NCBI RefSeq assembly: GCF_964204645.1
Contig: NC_134025.1
Location: forward strand, 9,424,001-9,488,000
Length of the DNA: 64,000 bases
Direction: 5' to 3'
Source of the DNA: Tubulanus polymorphus
Taxonomy: Eukaryota > Animalia > Nemertea
Below the pieces are notes generated by a model. It had not been told where the DNA came from and made no database searches. It saw only the letters and a program-made list of their open reading frames with translations. A program made the translations under genes and the position numbers. Below, one piece after another: positions 57,501-64,000 of this stretch (position 1 is the first letter of the stretch; the number at the start of each line of letters is the position of its first letter).

Positions 57501-60500
57501 TAGAATTTTATTTCAAAATTTTTTCGAAAAAAAAGTTCCTGATCAAATGCACTCGAAAGAATCGTTCAAAAAATATTTTCCAATTCTTATCGACCAAACA
57601 AATACGCTTCGGCGTTTTCTTTGTTCCGTCAAGCTGCCGTACAGGGGTACCTCTCCAGAAGTAAAGTGTCGTTCAACTGCAGACTGTATCGATAAAATAA
57701 ACAACCATCGCAGACGTGTGTGCATCGTGATGTGCATAGCTCTGACTGGTGGTTGTTACCCATTGCTGAATTGCTCATCACTAGATGACCGATCCCGATT
57801 TGATGTCTCGTGCATTTATTGGACGTCCCAGTAAACGCAAACGAGGTGATAAATTCGTGTACGGCTCGTTCCGGGCACACGCCATTCAAGCGTTCTCGTA
57901 CATTGATGCGTTGATAAAAAGAGATGAAAAAATGAAGCTTTGGTTGCGTCTAATGGCCTGAAATTAGTTCGAATATAGCAAGTATTTCTAAATCGTGAAA
58001 TAGGGATTGACCCTGTTATTTATTTAGTTGGTTGTATTTGACGTTTGATTTGTCCCTTACAAACCCATCACACCTGCCAGGCGAAACGGGGTTTGATATG
58101 AAATCGGAAATCAAAGTACGGATAAAGTTGTGCGATCGGCGGTCGAATATATGTCATTTTTTGTTTAAATCGAAGTTCATAACACTGGAAATTTCAGTTT
58201 CTTCAAACAATCCAAGTTAGCCTTGTCAATGAAAGTTAATTCAGCCCCTGATGAAAATTAGTTCGCTTGGTTGAACTGATGAGAATATTGGATGTTCTGC
58301 GTTCCTGTCCGATGCTCACATGCTTTCCGGAATTAATTTCTATCTTCCATGATTAAACGATACTTAACGATGCTTTATAGTTTAGATATTCTAATGTTAA
58401 GTCGATTACCTTCGTTTATGGTATTATGAGCAACAACAGATTTGTTGACTGTGGCGCTGTGTGTGTGTGTGTGTGTGTGTATGTATAGTTCTCGTCTTGT
58501 TATTCTGTCGTGTCGGCTCCGGCTTTGCCACCAATGAATTGATTACGCACGTTTTCGCACGTTTTCTCTTTGTAAAAATTAAATAAACATGCAATTTGCA
58601 TGTCATTTCTTCTCGGTAGCCGATGAAGATGAGACCGACAGCCATCGATGATATTAACGCACTTAGTAAGGCTCATCGTGGTTGCCGCGTTGTGCGCCGC
58701 CGCTGCACGGTCGCTGCTCACTGCGTGTTAGCAGTGTATTAACCTTACCATCGGAAATTTGATTTGACACATAAACATCGACGAGAAAAATTGGCCAAAT
58801 TTGCACTCGACGACGTAAAGAAACAAATCTCGTAGCGCAGACCCGCCATCGGAAGAAATTACGATCTCAATATCAAGTTGATTTTGTCGATAACGATATT
58901 TGAATAGAACTCGAAGTTGTTTTAATGTAATATTCATTAGTTGCTGCATGCGGCGTTTGAGATATTTTCTAAACGAAGGCAGCGCAAATGAGTTAATCCC
59001 GAAGCCTATGGACAGTGAACAGAACAGATGTGGAATTTTCTCATAGAAGCGGGAATGTTTTTATGGATTTTCCTAATCGAGGTTGACATCAACGATGCTG
59101 ACATGTGCGTTTCATACCATCTGGAAGTGATAATCTGAACAGCACTGCACATGCCTGAAGAGACTGTCTGAATCTACTAGTAGATACTTTTGTCAACAGG
59201 CCATTCAGGTTACTGGTACATTGTGCCATGTGTTGCCGTGATAGATTAGTCCAACAATAAAGTATTGTCACATCCAGAAGATAACTCCCTGGTGGTACTA
59301 TGGTCAACTGATAAGTGCTTATTATGGGTACAAGCTGTGCCGAAATAATTGCTAGTATTCAAAGCTATCGATTTGCTTGATCTCGACAGCACCTTGATCT
59401 CTCGCATAATCTTTATACCAGAGTCGATTTTAGAGTGTCTAGGCTAAGGTGAAAAAAACGGAATCCAATGAATTTGCATTTGTTAAATAATAAATGCCCA
59501 CAAGATCGCCGGGTTTCAATCCGTTATTCCAGATTTACCTACTGGGAATAATTTGCCTGCCTGATGCTGATTCAGATGAATGTAGGTAAGAATCCCCCTG
59601 TAAAATCCCCCCGGTAAATATCCCCCCCCCCCCCCCGGTAAAATCCCACACGGTAAAAATCTCCCCAATTTCAGTTTTCTATCAAATTTAAGTAAAAAAC
59701 CTAAATGAAAACCGATAATACTTTTTACAATAATACTTAGATAATACGTAGATAGGTACACAGATATTTTGCTACTAACTTTAAACTAGATTTCTTCATA
59801 GAAATGTTCAGAAATACGATAATATCATTTTCATGCATTTTACTAGCTAAAAGTCTCAGAATAATGTCATCTTTATGCACGTGGCCTGGTCAAAGTCATT
59901 GATTATTCCAAGGTGAATATTGTGAAAAACATCACGGAAAATCTGAAATATTTGAAAACTACTATAAGTTTTTCAACATAAGAATATTGAAGTATTTTGT
60001 TGATAATTGCTGTGAATCAAATTTGGGGGGATTTTTATTTTACCGGGGGGGGGGGGGGGGGATATTTACCTGGGGGGGATTTTTACCTGTTTCCGATTCA
60101 GATAGTACCGCAAACGATAAACCTGTCTAGTGCGGATACGAATTTGTCTGAATCAGGATTTAATGCATATGAAATTACACGGCTATTGTTTACCGGGGTT
60201 GATACGTGGGATAATGCGCTTCGAGCCCCGTATATTTCATTCCCTCACTGTAAACGTCATTAAAAAGAAAAAAAACTGGTAATACAACTAATCGTAAATA
60301 CGCTCTAAATGTTTCCATGGTGATGTTAATCCACCTCCGTATCAGTAATAGGATTAAATGATACGATGGCCTAAAGTGTTTTCCTCGAGTACTCATTCGA
60401 AAATAAAAGAAACACGAGTGCGCGGACAATGTCACTAGGAAACTAATTTAGTCGTACAAATTTATTTAAACAGCTTTCATTAGATGACAACAAGTTTCGC

Positions 60501-62313
60501 AGTGGAGACTTCTGTGCCGACGCGCCATTTCCCCGCGGCGGCGATGATATTTTGCCGGCTTTCGGTCGATTTTCAATTCTCCTATTACCCGCGCCTTCGT
60601 GAAAATGTCAGCATTAAGACGCAAATTCTTTTCGAGCAATTATCACCGCGCGCGGCGCGTATCCCGTTTCAAATCTATCCCGAGCTGGGTTTAAGCTCGC
60701 GAAATCGTTTTTTACCTTTTATTCCGTTATTTCGTTCGGCACAGTCTGTTTATTTTGCTTTCTCGAAATCTAAATCTGTTCGTAAAATGATATTAAAGTA
60801 GCTGATACTTGTTACGTCGAGAGTAAACAGATAAGAAGTATTTTTCTATTTGAGTTATGAACATTTCATTTAGATAGCATATTACTCGTCATACCGCCAA
60901 AGATCGAGATCATCGAAGTCCCCCCTCTCCCTACCTCGGTATTCAAAACAGAGTGCTATGAAATATACATCTGATACGCATTACGCTATAAATATCTTTT
61001 ATGAAAACATCCACATCTTTGGAAAGCAGATCCGTATGATCCGCAAAACTGTATTTCTTTTTCTATCTAATGATAATAGTAACCATGCATGTTTCATGAA
61101 CATATCCCCGCAATATTGCGTTAGGCTCGTGCACGAAATGATGTGTAGAAATTCGTTGAACTATTACATGCGCGCACACACACACAAACACATACATATA
61201 CATATACATATGCATATACGATTAAAAAACTTAGTGGTTTGCTTATTGTCGTTGATGGTTAAAGACGGCTTATGTGACTAATCGACAATTATTTCTGAAA
61301 TGCTTTGTATTGGAAAGAAATTGCCGGGATGGCGTTATCCGTATCTTCTTACTAATCTTACGGTGTACATTTTCACCACATTAATCCTTCGTTGATTCGG
61401 CCGTTTTTTCCATCGTTCATCAATCTCTAATTTCATATTTTTCTGCATATTCTACCTGCTCATTAGGGATAATTACTGCCACTGTCACGGGCGTGAATTG
61501 AAAGAAGTGCCAGGAACTGGCTGAGACAATTCACTCCTCCCTCTATAAGACTTTCTTTTTATACGATACGGCGTTCTCTTTAGAAGTTGCCATGAAATCA
61601 GTCCTAACAGGTGGTATTCGAGAGCGTAAATGACGGCTTGGCTGACAGTGTTTCGACTTGACTATCACCTCATAATTCGGACCCCCACAAATTATAATTA
61701 CAGTGTTACATTGTCACTCGTGCGTGGTAGTTGTCCTTGACCTTCTTTCGCGTTTTATCGCCTAGCTCACCTCTGCTCTGGAGACGCATCATTATCATCA
61801 GTGGGTGTAAAAACACGGTATGCAGTTTGTTATACAGTAATATAACTGCCAATGTTGTCGAGCCAGTTTTGTCACCTGGGTAACTCTGTGTCCGGGATGG
61901 AGGAGGCTTCTTAATGTCTGTACCCATTGTCTCATTGATCCTAGGCAGACAAGATCGTTAGTTCAGTCTTGTAATCATGATTAACTGTCAATATCCGTTG
62001 TTGTTGTTGTTTCTTTTGGTTATCTGCTGTCAAATGCTAGGGGCCGTACTCTTATGACATCCGAAGTTTCAATCCGAAATTCCTGGTTGGCTCCACACGA
62101 AATCCGAATCATACCACCGTGACAGAACGGAGGTTTCAGGTCACGTGATCAATAATAGAGTAGGATTGGAGGTTTCCCGATCTGATAAAAGAGTACTCCT
62201 TAGAGGAATAGGCATCGAACATCTTTTTGTATTGATTTATAAACGTTTTCGTTTGTTTTTTCAGATGCAGCACCCTGTACAGATGAAACCAGCAGATAGC
62301 GAGAAAAAGAATG
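51582..62313 (+). CDS. CELF1: CUGBP Elav-like family member, CELF1/2 (Bruno) subfamily; RRM1-encoding exons, gene continues past the window end
   Basis: Exons 51582-51790 (internal ATG at 51622; [56 protein letters not shown]), 55102-55184 ([28 protein letters not shown]) and 62265-62313 ([16 protein letters not shown]). Splice sites are canonical and phases match. [10 protein letters not shown] and [12 protein letters not shown] are characteristic of CELF1/2 rather than CELF3-6. Confidence 0.93.
53321..53600. mobile_element. Family E copy
   Basis: gagacgatttcgcccgg...ggcacggatcaggcc...aaagcgaagtgagtcac...ttggcaccc; colinear with the right half of 36809-37654. Confidence 0.75.
58044..58200. 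repeat. Dispersed repeat fragment shared with about 3270-3440
   Basis: Same-orientation homology to 3270-3440. Confidence 0.75.
58458..58480. repeat. (TG)n microsatellite
   Basis: Direct observation. Confidence 0.9.
59578..60094. mobile_element. Non-autonomous Mutator-like (MULE) element with 9-bp TSD
   Basis: Flanked by the perfect direct repeat gattcagat (59569-59577 and 60095-60103). Left arm is repeated ggtaaaatccccc units; right arm is the complementary gggggatttttacc units. Confidence 0.8.
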
Positions 62314-63528
62314 GTAAGGTTTCGATGATCTATGTATACAGTAATTGTGGAACTTTTTTTGCATTTTTTAACCTTTTTTTCAAACTGTCAGTTACGAAGC
62401 GCTGAAACCAGTAGTCACATTTTACGCGGGATCTGTGGAATCGCTCGGATTCGCGCGCAAGTTGTGTATCTATGTTCGAAGAAGATGGGCTTGAAATTAC
62501 GCACTTGTCGCATATTATTAGTGGCAACATTTATAGATTTTATCGTTTAACATCGTTTGGAGGCATGAAATTCACACGCCGATGACAACGCACTCGAATT
62601 TCCAATTTCATCAGAAATGAAATAGATATTATCAATCTCTTTGGGTCTGCGATATTCGTTCTCATTAAGTTCCTCCTCGATTTCGTTCCCGGCTAACGGC
62701 TGTCAGTAAAGCGTGAATATAGAAGTCAATTTATCTCGACGTTTCCAAACGGCAATAAAGCGCGGAATTTAACGCGGTTCGCCGGCGAAAAATATAAATT
62801 ACGACTTCTGCCGCCGATTCTGTCACGAGTAGCCATTATTGTGTATTTAATGTACGAATGATAGTCATGTTCGTCACGTCTTGACACTGAAAATTGCTTC
62901 GGTATTTTCCTACTGGTCCTTGAAACTGTCTCATTGAAAGCTTTATTAGAACCGGCACACATTTTGCCTATGTTGACTTTTCGAGAGGAGGGGGCACCAT
63001 CGATCGATGATACCCGATTGAATTGCCGATGCCGGCGTTTTTCATTAGAGCAGATGTTTATTAAACCCTGCAGTATAGTACTCGTACGATCGATCTCGGG
63101 TGGGATGTCCGTCGTAAAAACCTATACACAACTGGTTGTTGTTATTATTAGGCTGCTGATTAGTTGGTCCGCGGTTGAGATAAATGTATCAAACGAGTAA
63201 TTTTCATCCCGACAGAACAATCGGAAATGTCATTATCGCGGACGGTCTCTTTATGATGATGATTTATTCAAGCCAAGATTTCCGAGTAGTGTTAACTGAA
63301 GATAGTTACGAGATATAACTCCATGTGCATATGGAGTACTGTAACTTTAGTCAAATGGACACGTTTGAAATTCATCGTTACATTTCAAACGGGAAACATT
63401 CAAGCCCGTGCCAAGGCGGTTCGGGGTAGAGGATGTATGTATAAACAACAGGTGTTTATAGGAAATTACGCTTTGTAATGTAGAATTTAAGTCCGATAAA
63501 CCTTAGAGTAATCATTTAACTACTCCAA

Positions 63529-63769
63529 CAGGCGCGGATCTTGCTTTTGGAAAAAGGGGGGTGCACTACTTACTTGGGTCACTAATTACATATGGGGCGG
63601 GGTCTGGGTATGCTCTTCCGGAAAATTTTGAAAAATTAGATGCATTCTGAGCACTTCTGGTTGAAATTAGTTATGAACCATTTTCTAAACGAAAAGTCTT
63701 GGCTAGAAAATTCTTAGGTCACTCTGCCTAAAAAAGAGGTTATGCGCACACCCCCTGGATTCGCCACTG
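63529..63769. mobile_element. MITE family D copy (5-bp TSD)
   Basis: tccaa|caggcgcggatc...ggattcgccactg|tccaa. Confidence 0.8.
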
Positions 63770-64000
63770 TCCAAGGATAAGCTTTTCATAACATTCGATG
63801 AAATAAATGCGCTCTTTCCGAAATTGGGTGGAAAGCCTATATGCGGAAACAAGCGCCTCATGAAGTGAGGCGTTTTCTAGCTTTATAATCGGTTCTCCGT
63901 TGAAATGTTTTACTGAGTGACTGCCGTATAAATCATTAATTCCACTCGGTGACACTGTATCACACGGAAAAGCAGCTCTCGAAAGTGGTCTGCGTCGTCT

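Overview
AT-rich, intron-containing animal DNA, probably from an invertebrate bilaterian (the repeat types resemble those of molluscs and other lophotrochozoans, but the taxon cannot be fixed from sequence alone). Four spliced protein-coding genes were reconstructed by hand from GT-AG sites and exon phase. (1) The 3' part of an ORP3/6/7-type oxysterol-binding protein gene (+, 561-7171; FFAT motif, EQVSHHPP). (2) A complete katanin p60 microtubule-severing AAA ATPase (-, 16451-10622). (3) A complete FBXO3 (-, 20857-17155; F-box, SMI1/KNR4, ApaG). (4) The 5' part of a large CELF1/2 (Bruno/CUGBP) gene (+), with RRM1 exons at 51.6, 55.1 and 62.3 kb and several candidate alternative first exons between 22.7 and 46.7 kb. 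Introns carry many MITEs, one Mutator-like element with a 9-bp TSD, and a Helentron/DINE-1-like element with a 4 x 154-bp internal array. The main finding is in katanin: the 159-nt exon encoding Walker A and pore loop 1 is present as two intact, anciently diverged tandem copies. They look like mutually exclusive exons that switch the substrate-gripping loop between KWRG and KYRG.
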